Source: Eledone cirrhosa (Eukaryota). From it: a stretch of 64,000 nucleotides of DNA. Both the position numbers and the translations under genes were made by a program. The notes beneath the pieces were generated by a model that had not been told where the DNA came from, did no database searches, and was given only the letters and a program-made list of their open reading frames with translations. This document shows positions 39,399-52,834 of the stretch, piece by piece; positions within the stretch are counted from its first letter, which is position 1, and every line of letters begins with the position of its first letter. The DNA lies in contig OZ024740.1 of the NCBI GenBank assembly GCA_964016885.1, positions 308,202,001 through 308,266,000 on the forward strand, read 5' to 3'.

Positions 39399-40908
39399 GT
39401 AAGTATTCCACATTATTTTTCCCTTCCATGTCAGTTGTTTTGCAATGGGAGAAGGCTATATCAATAGTAACTAGACGACTCAACTGTTAGATCAAATGAA
39501 CTGAGTCTAAATTTAAACTGTTGTTTAAGCTGTGTTAATTGAAACTTGGATAACAATTTGATTGTTTGATATTAAGTGGTAGACTTTAAACATTTTTATG
39601 TTTGTAGTAGGTTTTGGTGGAGAAAGTGAGGAAACTACTACTCTGAGTAGCTGCTAACAACTACTTCAATCTCTAAGCTGCCCAACTGCCATCATGAACA
39701 TCAGTCATAGAGAAATAAAGGATTTTGCACTTGCTGATGGGGCAGCCTCATAAGGAGTTGGCTATGGAGCTAGACTCCCTAATTTTCCCACTTATAACTC
39801 TAACAAACACTGGCACTATGTGCAGGAAAGTGCAGCCAGAATTGTCACATCAAGAGATTGTGTTATCTTTAAATGGAGGATTTGATCTGAATGTTGGCAA
39901 CTGAACTTGACTAAAGTCTGACAAAAACGGTTGGGGTTTAAAATCACCACTATACACTTCCAGTCCTTCTACCCTACAGCTGTAATCCTTTTTTGAAGTC
40001 CCTCTCTCTCTGTGTTTTTCCTGCAGATATCAATCTATAGGTATTCCAGCTAATAATCAATATTAATCTCTTCAGTTTAGGAAGGGCCTCCAAAAGTCAT
40101 GAGCAGTGCCCTTCTTCCACTGATGAATTTTGTTTTTAATATCTAGCTATATTATAAGGATGCAATGTGATAGAGAGTGTTCTGTAATACAGTATACTGT
40201 TTGGTACTGTGTCACTGTCTGAACATTACAAAGTCAATTTATTGATATAATGGGAAGATTTTTAAAAAATGTGGGTGGTATGATAGTTGTAACAGATGTT
40301 GAGATCTGTTTAGCTCCAAGTCAGCTCTGGTTAAGCACTTATGTTTAAAGACCAACACTCAGATATTGTATATCTACAACTACATTATCATCATCATCAT
40401 TTAATGTCTACTTTCCTTGCTAGCAAGGATTGGGCAGATCTTCCCAGACAGGCTGGGGGTTTGCATCTTGTTTACATTGGTGCCACATTCTACCAAGTAC
40501 ATTTTATCGTGGCACCAATACTAGAGAGGTTGTCATGTCCTTGACACAACTAGAGGGTCCTCCCAACCTTTTGTTTGTCTTTTTATGACTGGATGCCCTT
40601 CCTATCACCAACTACTTTACAGCATGTACTGGGTGCTTTTATCATGTAGTTCACCAACACTGGGGATGTTGCAGTGTCCTTGACACAACTGGAGGGTCCT
40701 CCCAACTCTAGAGTGTAATTTGAAGGAAATTCAGCTGTTCTAGCAGGTTGAGAAATCGCATTGATTCGTTTGAGAGTTCTAAATGTAGCTTCAAAGTTTG
40801 AAAACAAATTTGATTGCTTTTTTATAAAAAAAAAGTATTAAAAATTTACCTGGATTGTCGTTAAACCAATTAAGCTTTATATTATTATTTTTTTATCATA
40901 TGTTTCAG

Positions 40909-41091
40909 CGTTTTCCACACGGCTCTTCTCTGTGTTAAGGTTTGAGAGTGTTATCCACGAGTTTGATCCCTATTTCAACTTTAGGACTACCAAATACTTA
41001 GCTGAAGAGGGCTTTTATAATTTCCACAACTGGTTTGATGACAGAGCATGGTACCCACTTGGTCGTATCATTGGTGGAACCATCTATCCTG
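40909..41091 (+). CDS. STT3A: STT3A coding exon 2 ([24 protein letters not shown]...GGTIYPG)
   Basis: Invariant STT3 IHEFDPYFN motif; TTTCAG acceptor, G|GTAACT donor. Confidence 0.97.
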
Positions 41092-41244
41092 GTAACTTTT
41101 CATGTTTTCTTAAATTTGCATCCATTTGCCTATTATTATTATTGTTGTTGTTGTTGCTATTGCTGCTGCTGCTGCTGCTGTTGCTGTTGTTGTTGTCAAT
41201 GTCTTGGGCCCTTGTGGCCAATAAAAGAAATCATTATTATTATT

Positions 41245-42010
41245 TACAGGTAGATTGACAGTATCGTTAGTGCTTTGGACAACATGCTTTGCAGCATATA
41301 GTTACGGTTCTTTATGCTCTGCATTTGAATCCCGTTAAAGTAAACTTTGCCTTTCATGATTTCATGGTTGATAAAATAAAGTACAAGTACTGGGGTTGAT
41401 ATAATTGATTTCTCCCTCACTCCCCAATTACTGGCCTTGTGCCAAATGTAGAAATAATTATTCACAGTGGATTAGAACATCAGACAAAATACCTTGCAGA
41501 ATTTGTTTTGGCTTTTTATGTTCTGAGTTCAATTCCCACAGAAGTCAATTTTGCTTTTCATCCTTCCAGAGTCGATAAAGTACCAATTAAGTACTAAGGC
41601 TGATGTAATTGACTTTCTCCTTCCCACAAATTGCTGGCCCTTTATGATTTGAGTTCAAATCCTGCCGAGGTTAACTTTGCCTTTCATCCTTACGGGGTCC
41701 ATAAAATAAAGGTACCAGTCATGCACTGGGTAATTGCTGGCCTTGTGCCAAAAGTAGAAACAATTATTATTAGCATCATAGGTAGGGCAATGGATTGGCA
41801 GTATAGGTAGAGCATCAGACACTATGCTTTGCAGCATAGAGTTATATCCCCTTATGTTCTGAGTTCAAATCCCACCGAGGTTAGCTTTGTCTTTCATCCT
41901 TACGGGATTGATAAAATAAAGTACCAGTAATGTACTGGTTTGATTTAATCAATGTTCCCCCTCTCCTAAAATGGTTGGCTTTGTGCCTAAATCAGTAACC
42001 ATTATTATTA
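41245..42010 (+). mobile_element. Cluster of four head-to-tail Meta-like SINEs
   Basis: Core TTTGCCTTTCATCCTTACGGGGTC..ATAAAATAAAGTACCAG recurs near 41345, 41550, 41675 and 41885, separated by (ATT)n tails. Confidence 0.8.
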
Positions 42011-43239
42011 TCATTGGTACTTATTTATATTTGATGTGTCATTTTTGCTTCTAAGTTTTGTCACTTTTACTTTTTTCTGACATGTTTACTTGTTTCTGAC
42101 ATTTTTTCTTTGAAAATTTTTTTCCAAATATTGTGAATAAGGTCATTTTCGCTGTATTTACAAAGGGAACAACTCTAAATTTCTGGCCCTAAGGGATAAT
42201 TTTTTTCTCTTTGAAAATCTGGTTTTTTTATTAGAGATTTTTTTAAAAAATGACATCAAATATGATGCCAAAAAATTAACTGCATGGAGGAGAGTTGTCA
42301 CCAGCTTTATCCTTCTCTTCCCCAATAATAGCCTTGTTACAACAGTGACAGTGGCTGTCCACCATCACTAATACTACTACTACCAAAACAAACAAAAAAA
42401 ATCAAACACCAACAAAAACAAAAAAGACCAAAATGAAAACGTTTATTTTTTTAACACAAGAGAAAATGCATGTTTAATAAATCCAATGACAGCAATATCA
42501 TTGATACCACCACCACTACAACAATAAAACACATCAATGAAAATAACATTATTAGTGACAGAAACATCACCAACGTCGGAAACAACAACACAAATGGCAA
42601 CATCATAAACAACGACGACAACATAGTGTTCAGAAACAAAATTTATATCCACTATCTCTTACCAACAAAGATGCCCAATTGGCCCAGGCTAAGGGAGTTG
42701 TCACGATGGATGGTAGAAGGACTGTGGTAATGTTAGTTGTTAGGTGCTGAAATATGTTTTGATTCTGAAGAGAAAGACCAGATTTTGTGATGCAGTCTTT
42801 GCTATATTGAGATGTATGTTTGCCTGGAGAGATGGCAAAGCTTAGCATAAAGTAATTGTGATAATTCAGGTTGTGTGTAGTTCATTTTGTTTGTTTTCTG
42901 AGGGAGAGACTGTCAGTGATTGGGTCTTTTTGCTGTTAAAAAAGGCAAGATCAACAAGATCTCATTGAATGTCTTTGTTGAGTCAGTGCAGATTTGGTGT
43001 AAAGTCTCCAGGCATCATCCAAAATGTTAGTGATCATTGGATCATAGTATTATCTGTCTAGGAATGGGTTTTTGTTGGTGGTAGATCACTGATACATAAG
43101 AAAAGTTACACAAGTGTTCCCTTCTTCAGAATGAGACACTGTAGTGCTTCCAGTTATTAGGCTAGAGAGTGAGGTTGAGGAGGGACATTGACTGGGTTGG
43201 TGACCTTGTTGATTTGAAATAACTGGAATTACTTTCACA

Positions 43240-44356
43240 TTTGGGAAATGGCCTTGCTCAGTATGTAGGAAAGGTGTAGGTAGGAACTCCATTCTCTTCC
43301 CCAAATGCAAACAATGGGTACACAAGAGATGTAGCGGGATCTCAGGAAGCTTAATTAAGAATGTAGGATTCACATGCAGCAGCTGTGCTGAAACAGCAAG
43401 CAAACAGCCACAGGAAACAAGTACCACCAATCTCTGGGAGGGCCCTGTAGAAACAGTAGACAGCTTCTGCTACCTAGGTGACCGAATTAGCAACGGAGGT
43501 GGGTGCTCAGAAAGTACAATAACTAGGGTAAGAACGGGATGGAAGAAGTTTAGGGAACTACTACCACTGCTAGCTGCAAAAGGCTTCTCCCTCAGAATGA
43601 AAGGCAGACTGTATGATGCGTGTATCCGAACAGCGATGTTGCATGGTAGTGAGACCTGGGTGCTGAAGGTGGAAGACTTACGTAGATTAGAGAGAAACGA
43701 AGCCTGCATGCTCCGATGGATGTGTAACAGTAATATACGTGAACGACAAAGCATAAAGGAATTGAGAGAGAGACTGAGCATAAGAGGAATCAAATGCTGC
43801 GTGCAGGAGAGGCGGTTACGCTGGTATGGACATGTGATGCGTATGAAGGATGACAGCTGCATAAAAAGGTGCAGAGCACTAGAAGTTGATGGAAACCGCG
43901 GAGTGGGGAGACCCAAGATGACTTGGGATGAGGTGATAAAAGCCGACCTTACCCAACTACACCTCTCAAAGTCAATGACACACGACCGTGACTTCTGGCG
44001 TCACGCAGTAATACAGGGTACCCGACCTCCCATGGGTACATGCTGAAGCATATAAACAATATGCCCCCCCCCCCCACCCCACCCCACCACAAGGTGGTCG
44101 TGGAGGTGCCACGGCAAAAAAGCACCCAGCCCACACTGTAAAGTGGACGTGTAGGTGCCACAGAAAAGCACCCAGCACTCACTGTAAATGAGGTTGGTGT
44201 TAGGAAGGGCATCCAGCTGTAGAAATCAAGCCAGATCAGTTCCTGTATGAGCAAGGCATGGTCAGCCGACCAGACACTGCCCACAACAGGACAACCCGTC
44301 TAACCCATGCTAGCGTGGAAGAACGGACGTAAAACGGTGATGATGATGATGATGAT
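43240..44356 (+). mobile_element. 5'-truncated RTE LINE (second subfamily), sense to STT3A
   Basis: GKWPCSVCRKGVGRNSI... through ORF 43597-44046; full 3'UTR and (ATG)n tail. Confidence 0.9.
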
Positions 44357-45169
44357 TTGGCATGTTTGTGTGCCTGGTGGTAAACCTGATAGTATAGAAA
44401 GTGATATTTGTGGAAGAGATTTACCTGGTGATGCAAAGCAGGTAGCAGATATGGAAACTTTTCCATGAAATTATTGCTTACAGAACCACTGTTGGAGATG
44501 AGAAATCTGCCAAGTTGGTAAAGATCCTTTGGGCTAGGAACCAAATGGATTGTTTGCAGTTTGGGGGCTTGCTTGTGTTATGTAGATGAAAAATGAATTT
44601 TTTGATAAAATGTCTAATAATTCATCTCCAGATCATCAACTTGTGTCTTTTTCTGCAAACACCAAGTTACAGTTGTTCAAAGTGAGCATCAACCATATCA
44701 ATCTCCCCAGTTTTAGAGAGCCTGTGAAGATGAAGGGCACTGCCTCCTGCTGACTAAGCTATAAAAATAACAACCTGATCTAGTTCATATTCCTCACAGA
44801 TAGAGGACCTAGGGTACATGCCTTCAGGTCAGGAGACAAAATGATTGCAGTAGATATGAACCAACAACTAAGGAGCTAGTAGTTTAATTCTTTATCCATG
44901 TAGCTATTTTAACTCTACTGTAAAAAAAACAAGTTTATAATATTTATTATATTGGCACAGGTGACAAATCTGTAGGATGTAGTTAATAAAAATAACCTTG
45001 GTATATGATTGATACTTATTTAATTGACCACAATTGGTGCCAGCAAGTTCAAAACTCAAGGATAAAATTAAATATTGAATCATTTAGGCAAATGTACCTC
45101 TATTTCTGTTATTCCACAGCATTAAGCACTTCTATAATATTACTTAATCGATATATTATTATTGTCAAG

Positions 45170-45400
45170 TGGTTAGAATGTCTCAGGAAAGAATTGCTGG
45201 ACAGATTTTACAGACAAAATTAACTGGTAGGAGACCCTTGGGGTAGACCCCATGCAAGATGGTTGGATAACATCCATGAGCTTGGCTGGTCACGCTTGGG
45301 GATTCAGCCAGATCAGTTGGAGACAGTTGCTTCTGACAAGACCCACTGGAACGAGTGTTTGAGGACTCTGCCCCTACGACCCTCTCTGGTATAAGTGGGC
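45170..45400 (+). mobile_element. 3' fragment of an Expander/Rex3-like RTE element
   Basis: With a frameshift, reads TGRRPLG-RPHARWLDNIHELGWSRLGIQPDQLETVASDKTHW..CLRTLPLRP, like the Rex3/Expander C-terminus. Confidence 0.6.
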
Positions 45401-46096
45401 AAAGAAGACTCATTATTAGTTTGACACTTGGAAGTTTGAGGATATATGATTATTGTTAATAAAGTGTTTGCCTGTACTTCTGTTTGAATATTTGTGTGTT
45501 TGTCTACCAAAGTACATCTATGTATAGAAATAAATGAATAATAATAAGATGGTAGTGTGGAACTATAATTTTGTTAAACAAACTGTGTCATTGTTTTACA
45601 TCCTCTTCAGTCACCCTTGTTTTAAGCTGCATTGAGAAATACTTTCTCCAAAATAAGAAATCCTCCTTCGTTAATAACATCAGGTCTTGTCTTATCTTTC
45701 ACTTGCTGTTGCTACTACTACTTCTAGATTTGGTCTTCTGATCTTGCATGCATGTGATCTCAACAATTACTATCCATGCTAAGTCTTTCATTGTTAATTA
45801 TGGGATGTTCTTCAGTCTGAGGATGCTAGAATTGACTTTCCTTTTATGTATTTTAATTATATATTAATATCTAAGATGGAATTGCATTGGGTGAGTTAAG
45901 GCGAGAACTCTGAAGATTAGCTTGACAGTAGATGTTTGTGAGTGAAAGATAGTCAATTATCTCTAATGCATAGTGGCTGAACCATACATTAATGTGTATG
46001 TAATGCTACCAAAGATTTCTCTGTTAGTCTTCTACTCTTAGAATCCTTTGCTTTGCTATTGCTCATTTACTAAATTTTTTTCTTTCATCTGTACAG

Positions 46097-46242
46097 GTTT
46101 GATGGTCACTTCAGCTCTGTTGTACAACTTATTACATATGCTCAACATCACCATTGACATCAGGAATGTCTGTGTGTTCTTGGCTCCTCTCTTTTCCAGT
46201 CTTACAACACTCATCACTTATCAATTGACAAAAGAACTTAAG
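46097..46242 (+). CDS. STT3A: STT3A coding exon 3 ([10 protein letters not shown]...[16 protein letters not shown]...LTKELK)
   Basis: Conserved STT3 sequence; TACAG acceptor, AAG|GTAAGT donor, phase 0. Confidence 0.97.
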
Positions 46243-46282
46243 GTAAGTGTTCACATTTTTTCCCTCCGTTTCTACTTTTATG

Positions 46283-47650
46283 ATAAATTTGAAGTGCAGG
46301 TTGGTGTCCACTCATGTTTATCATTGTCCTTCAGGCCATAACTGAGGAGTTTAAAACTGGCACTCTGTGGGAGCTCCTATACACTGATGACCTTATAGCT
46401 GAATTCATAAGAGTTAGACAAAATTTCAAACATTGAAAAAGAACCTAAAGTTGAAAGACCTAAAACTAAACTTAACAACGATGAAATTGTTAATAAGTAG
46501 GACAGAGGACAGGAGAATGATGCCATCAAGGAAATGGCCTTTTTCAATATGTCAAAAAGGGGTAGGTTGAAATTCTATAAGGTACACACAAGAGGTGTAT
46601 TGGGATTGCAGGCACATTAACAGAAAAGATAGACTTTGTATGTGGCAGATGCACAAGGAAAGTAAGCACTAAGAACTCACATGAAGTAAATTCCTTCAGT
46701 TGCCAAGGAGGCTCCTTAGAAGTTGTCAACAACTTCTGTTACTTAGTCAATCAAATTAGCAGTGGGGAGGATGCACTAAAAGTGTGATAGCCAGGATCAG
46801 AAGTTGAGAGAGTTGATACCTCTGCTGACAATAACAGGCTTTTCTATATGATTGACGGGTAGATTTATGAAGCCTGTGTCCAAACTGCGATGCTACATGG
46901 CATTAAAACATGGGTCTTAACTGCAAAGGCTAGAAAGAAATGAAGCAAGTATGCTCTGATGGATGTGTAATGTTAGTGTGCATGAATGATATAGCATATG
47001 TGAGAGGAAATCTTAGCATAAGAAGAATTGGATGTTATGTGCAAGAGAGAAGACTGCACTGGTATGGACATGTCATGTGTATGGAGGATAGCAACAGCAT
47101 AAAGAAATGCAGAGCTATCCCAATGGTTGGAACCTGTGCAAAAGGTAGTGAAGAGCAACCTTAAGAAACTATGCCTTACAACTGAGATGACAAAGGATCG
47201 AGAGGGTTAGTGCTCTGCTGTGACAATGAAGAACTAGTCACAAGCATACAATTTAACCTGACCCATCCATATGTCCCCTTTCACTTCCACTAGCACTCTC
47301 CAGCATCTATCCTTACCACTGCTGCACCCACCACCCATGCCCCTTCCAGAATGACTCCTTAACTACTCCCCCTCTCTGAAGCCCTTAGATATCCTCACCA
47401 TTGCACCCTAGTAGCTACTCTCTCTACCCCATGTCAATTCCTCTACTACCACCCCTTACCCCCTTACCTATCTCACAATCACGCCCCCACTTTATCAACC
47501 CCTTCCACACCACAACATCCCCTAGAAGGGCATCCAGTCATAAAATGTTTGCCAAACAAAGAATTGGGAGTTTAGTAGTCTCTCACCACCACTGACTGTC
47601 TATGTAGACTCCTCCAACCCTTGCTAGCAGGGAAAGCGGATGTTAAATAA
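46283..47650 (+). mobile_element. Old degenerate RTE LINE
   Basis: [23 protein letters not shown] and RLHWYGHV remnants; a Meta-like SINE (47657-47745, TSD GTTAAATAATAATAAT) is inserted in its tail. Confidence 0.75.
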
Positions 47651-47790
47651 TAATAATTGTTTCTACTTTTGGCACAAGGCCAGCAATTACCCAGTACATT
47701 ACTGGTACTTTATTTTATCGACCCCGTAAGGATGAAAGGCAAAGTTAAATAATAATAATGATGATGATATATATATATATATATATATAT

Positions 47791-50700
47791 CATCATCATC
47801 ATCATCGTTTAACGTCCATCTTCCACGCTTGCATGGTTTTGGACGGGAATTTTCCCACTTGAGGCAAGATTACTGTCTGGCGGGTTTTCTACGGCTGGAT
47901 GCCCTTCCTAACACCAACCACATTTACAGTGTGGACTGGGAGGTTTTTACCGTGTTACCTACACGGCCACATTACAGCGTGGACTGTGTGTTTTTTTGTT
48001 GTGATACCTACACGACCTCATTTATTTCAGACTGGATGTTGTGGTACCAACATAACTTTACATCGAAAGGGGTGGTGGGGGTAGTGGGACGGGGGTGTAT
48101 TTTTGTTAAGAGGTGCCTATTGACTGTAGGTTTCGCTTTGTACCTAGGCAAGGCGGGTCTTCTGTATTACTGTGTAGCGCCAAAGATCTCGGTCCAGTGA
48201 CATTGTCTTGGAGAGGTGTAAGTGTGTGAGGTCGGAATTTATCAAGTCGTCCCAGGTTTTTCTGGGTCTGCCTACTCCGTGGCTACCGTCTATTTTTATC
48301 GCCCTGCACTTTTTTATACAGCTGTCGTCTTTCGTGCGCATCACGTGACCATACCAACGTAGTCTTCTCTCGAGTAAACAACATCTGATCCCTCTTATTC
48401 CTAATTTCTCCCTTAGTTCGTTTATGCTTTGCCGTTCATGTATATTACTATTACACATCCAGCGGAGCATGCAAGCTTCATTCCTCTCCAGTCTGCGTAA
48501 ATCCTCTGCACACAATGCCCAGGTCTCACTGCTATGTAACATTGCTGTTCGTATGCAGGTATCATACAGCCTGCCTTTCATTTTGAGAGAGAACCCCTTA
48601 GCGGCCAATAGTGGTATAAGCTCTCTGAACTTTTTCCATCCCGTTCTGACTCTAGCTACTGTACTTTCAGAGCACCCTCCACCACTGCTGATTTTGTCAC
48701 CCAGGTAACGGAAGGTGTCCACTATTTCTATAGAACCATCTGTGCAATGGAATGAGCTAGTATTCTGTGGGCACTTGCTGCTACTTATTGCACCAGAGCA
48801 CCGGCCACATATAAAATCTATATTCTTAGTTAGCTTACCTGTGATCCCACTACATCTTTTATACACCCATACTTTGCATTTGGGACATAAGATGGAGTTT
48901 CTGCCTACTCCTTTCCTACACACTGAGCATGGCCATTTCCCAGATGGGATCGGTGCCCTATTTTCCTTCCTACAAACTAGAACTTTAGTCTTAGACAGGT
49001 TAATTTTAAGGCCTTTTGATTCTAGGCCATGCCTCCATATTTGGAATTTCTTCTCTAGTTCAGCCATTGATTCAGCTATGAACGTTAGATCATCTGCGTA
49101 TAGGAGTTCCCATGGGCAGCCAGTCTTGAATTCCTCTGTTATAGCCTGAAGGGCAATAATAAATAGTAGGGGGCTAAGAACGTAGCCCTGATGAACACCA
49201 ACTTTTACGCTAAACTCTTCACTATATTCGTTGTTAATTCTAACCTTGCTGACTGTTTCTTTATACATGGCTTGTATAGCTCTCACAAGCAATTCAACAA
49301 CACCTAGTTTTCTAAGAGCCCACCTGATAATGGAGTGGAGGACTCTGTCAAAGGCTTTCTCCAAGTCAACAAAAGCTAAGTATAGGGGTTTACTTTTAGC
49401 TAGGTACTTCTCCTGTAGTTGTCGTACAATGAAAAGAACATCTGTGGTACTTTTACCTGACACAAATCCGAATTGCATTTCATCTAGATCAATTTGCTCT
49501 CTGATTAGTTGCGCTATTACTTTTTCTGTGACCTTCATGACCTGGTCGATTAATTTAATGCCTCTATAGTTACCCCTATCTAGGGCATCTCCTTTACCCT
49601 TGTAGCAGTTAATGATGATGCTGCTATGCTGGTCCTTCGGAACGACCCCATTCTGTATGAATTGGTTTACTATCTGGGTGACGATAGTGTGTCCCACCGT
49701 TCCAGATGCTTTCAGCATTTCAACAACTATCTCCGAAGTCCCAGCCGGCTTACCCGTCTTCATATCTTTGATTACCTTACTTATTATACTACCTTAAACT
49801 AGCACTGCTGGTCCCTCTATTGGATCGATGTGGGGGAGACTGTCTTTCTCCCATTTATTCTCCTCATTTAGTAGCCTTTCGTAGTGACACTTCCAAGCTA
49901 CCTTCTTATCAGCGTCAGTGATGGCAAGTACACCATCATCATTAAGGACACACTTCTCCCCGACAATATCACGGTTTTCCTTGACACATTGCCTAGCAAT
50001 CCTGAACACCTCACGTTTTTGGTCCTCGCGTTGTAGAACATGCTTGAACTTTCTTTCCTCTGCTTCCCTTCTTGCGAAGTACACTTGCCTCCTAGCTTCC
50101 CTCCTGGCCACTTGATAGTCTTCTCTACTTCCCCCATCCCGCCATACTTTCCAAGCCTGCTTTTTGGCCTTAATTGACTCCTCCACCTTACTGTTCCACC
50201 ACCACCTTACTCTCCTCCTGCCTATAGGCCTGCTCCAGCCACAGACTTCATCTGCCGCCTTCAGCAGGTTATCTTTCAGGAATTCCCACTGTTCCTCTAT
50301 ATTGTACGACTCTAATTGCTCTTCCTTACTGTCAAAAGCTTCAAGTAATATGCTTTTAAATTTATTACTAGCTGTGGGGTCCTTTAGCTTCTATATTTTT
50401 ATCCCGAGGATAGTCCTCCTCTGTTGTCAAGTACGTCTTGTCCTGACTATGAGGTCACTGACTATGAGTTTATGTGGGGAGGTACATTCTTTATGGGGGA
50501 GGGATTTAGTGTTTACAACAGACACTCTATCACGTCTTCTGGTAAGGATATAATCTATCTGACTGGCGTGTTCCCCTGATCTATAGGTGATCAAGTGATT
50601 GTCTCGTTTTTTGAAGTGAGTGTTACAGACAGTTAGGTTATTTGCGTCACAGAATTCCAGGATTCTGGAGCCTTGCTCATTTCTAGTACCAAACCCATAG

Positions 50701-51598
50701 CCTCCATGGATTCCATCATAGCCGTCATAATGTTGTCCAATTTAGGTCACCAGCAATAATTATGTAGTCACTGTCGGTTATTTGGGAGGTAATGAGCATC
50801 AATGTTTCATAGAATCTGTCTTTTATAGCGCCAGGCAGACCGGATTGGGGTGCGTACGCAGATATTACTGTCACAGTAGTTCTATTTAGGACAAGTCTTA
50901 TTTTAATTATTCTGTCGTTCACACTATTTACGTCTATTATCTTATCTACCCATTTTTCTGCTAACATGATTGCTACCCCATCCAGCCCATTGTCATTTCC
51001 CACCCAGAAAAGCTTATAGCATCGTTTTTTACCCACGATGAATCTAGCAGACCCACCCCTCCATCTGGTCTCTTGGATACAGCAAACATCAGCCTCCTTA
51101 CGCTCAAGCATTTCTACAACCTCGTTAGAGTGACCTTTTAAGGTGCCTACATTCATGGTACCAACTCTGAAGTTTTGGGTTGCGTTTGGTGGGTGGGATT
51201 GGGTTGGGGTTATGTTGGCCATCCGCGGCCGAAATAAAGAGGAAGAGTCCTTGCCTTTTCGTCCGGCAGTATGAGGTGAATTTGTCTTTATCTTTGGCAT
51301 TGTCACTGAGTGTCCAGATTTTTTAGACTCTCCAGAATTCCTTAGTCTATCCATCATATCGAAAGGCAACAAGAAGAAGTGATAGCATAGGCCGCTGACT
51401 TATGATTGGTTCAAATAATAATGGTGGTGAATGGGATATGAGGTAGTTAGCGAGAAGGTTTTAATAAAATCCTCGAATTTTGGGCATAATTGGGCAAGCA
51501 TATAACAGTAATAAGCGAATTATGGGATTTTAAAATACAAGAAGATTATTTAGAACAACCACACATAATTATAGAATAGCATTGAGAAAGAGCAAAGA
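47791..51598 (-). mobile_element. Near full-length RTE-clade LINE (APE endonuclease + RT + PHD-type finger), disrupted
   Basis: EN motifs TMNVGTL, IQETRW, SAYAPQ, GDLN, NTHF, QIDYIL; RT motifs NYRGI, QFGF, DLEKAFD, YADD, FRYLG; small deletion after GDLN (~50740), stop at 49794; (CAT)n tail; (TA)n at both ends. Confidence 0.95.
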
Positions 51599-51680
51599 TA
51601 TATATATATATATATAATATAAGTGGAAACTTAGTAAAATCGAAGCTTTGGCTGTGGGCAATATATATATATATATATAT

Positions 51681-52488
51681 CATCATCATCATCATCGTTT
51701 AACGTCCATCTTCCACGCTTGCATGGGTTTGGACTGGAGTTTTCCCACTTGAGGCAAGATTTGTTGTCCTGCTCGTATAGGACTGTCTGGCGGGTTTTCT
51801 ACGGCTGGATGCCCTTCCTAACACCAACCAGGTTTACAGTGTGTACTGAGGTTTTTACCGTGTTACCTACACGGCCACATTACAGTGTGGACTGTGTTTT
51901 TTTTTTGTCGTGACACCTACACGACCTCATTTGTTTCGGACCGGATGTTGTGGTACCAACATAACTTCACATTTAAGGGGGTTGTGTGGATGGGGTGGGG
52001 GTAGTAGGACGGGGGCGGGGTGTATTTTGTTAGAGGTGCCTACTGACTGTAGGTTTCGCTTTGTACTTAGGCAAGGCGGGTCTTCTGTATTACTGTGTAG
52101 CGCCAAAGATCTCGGTCCAGTGACATTGTCTTGGAGAGGTGTAAGTGTGTGAGGTCGGAATTTATCAAGTCGTCCCAGGTTTTTCTGGGTCTGCCTACTC
52201 CGTGGCTACCGTCTATTTTTATCACCCTGCACTTTTTTATACAGCTGTCGTCTTTTATGCGCATCACGTGACCGTACCAACGTAGTCTTCTCTCGAGTAA
52301 ACAACATCTGATCCCTCTTATTCCTAATTTCTCCCTTAGTTCGTTTATGCTTTGCCGTTCACGTATATTACTATTACACATCCAGCGGAGCATGCAAGCT
52401 TCGTTTCTCTCCAGTCTGCGTATATCCTGTGCACACAATGCCCAGGTCTCACTGCCATGTAACATTGCTGTTCGTATGCAGGCATCAC
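51681..52488 (-). mobile_element. 5'-truncated RTE LINE, same family
   Basis: ORF 52067-52510 nearly identical to the C-terminus of 48144-49763; (TA)n flanks. Confidence 0.92.
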
Positions 52489-52500
52489 ATATATATATAT

Positions 52501-52829
52501 GGAGGTACATGGCTTAGTTGTTAGAGCATTGGCCTTGCAATCGAAAGGTTGTGAGTTCAATTCTCGGACCGGGTGATGTGTTGTTTCCTTGAGCAAGGCA
52601 CTTTATTTCACATTGTTCCAGTTTACTCAGCTGTAGAAATGAGATGATAGGGACCCCAGTCCACTGTTAAGTGGACGTGTAGGCACCACAGAAAAAAAAC
52701 ACCCATCACTCACTGTAAATGAGGTTGGTGTGAGGAAGGGCATCCAGCTGTAGAAATCAAGCTAGAATCAGTTCCCGTCCCACCCTTGCAAGCAGGGAAA
52801 AGCGGACGTATGATGATGATGATGATGAT
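52501..52829 (+). mobile_element. Young CORE-like SINE with RTE tail
   Basis: GGAGGTACATGGCTTAGTTGTTAGAGC head, B box GTGAGTTCAATTC, (ATG)n tail. Confidence 0.85.
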
Positions 52830-52834
52830 ATGTG

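Noticed and set aside
41092-41258. Poly-Leu or poly-Cys extension of STT3A exon 2
   Set aside because: Lies after the donor at 41092; an intronic (TTA)/(TTG)/(CTG) microsatellite.
48424-50553. Plus-strand ORFs overlapping the LINE (also 20248-20750, 31595-31879, 43470-43916)
   Set aside because: Antisense shadows of the RT reading frame, repeated only because the element is repeated.
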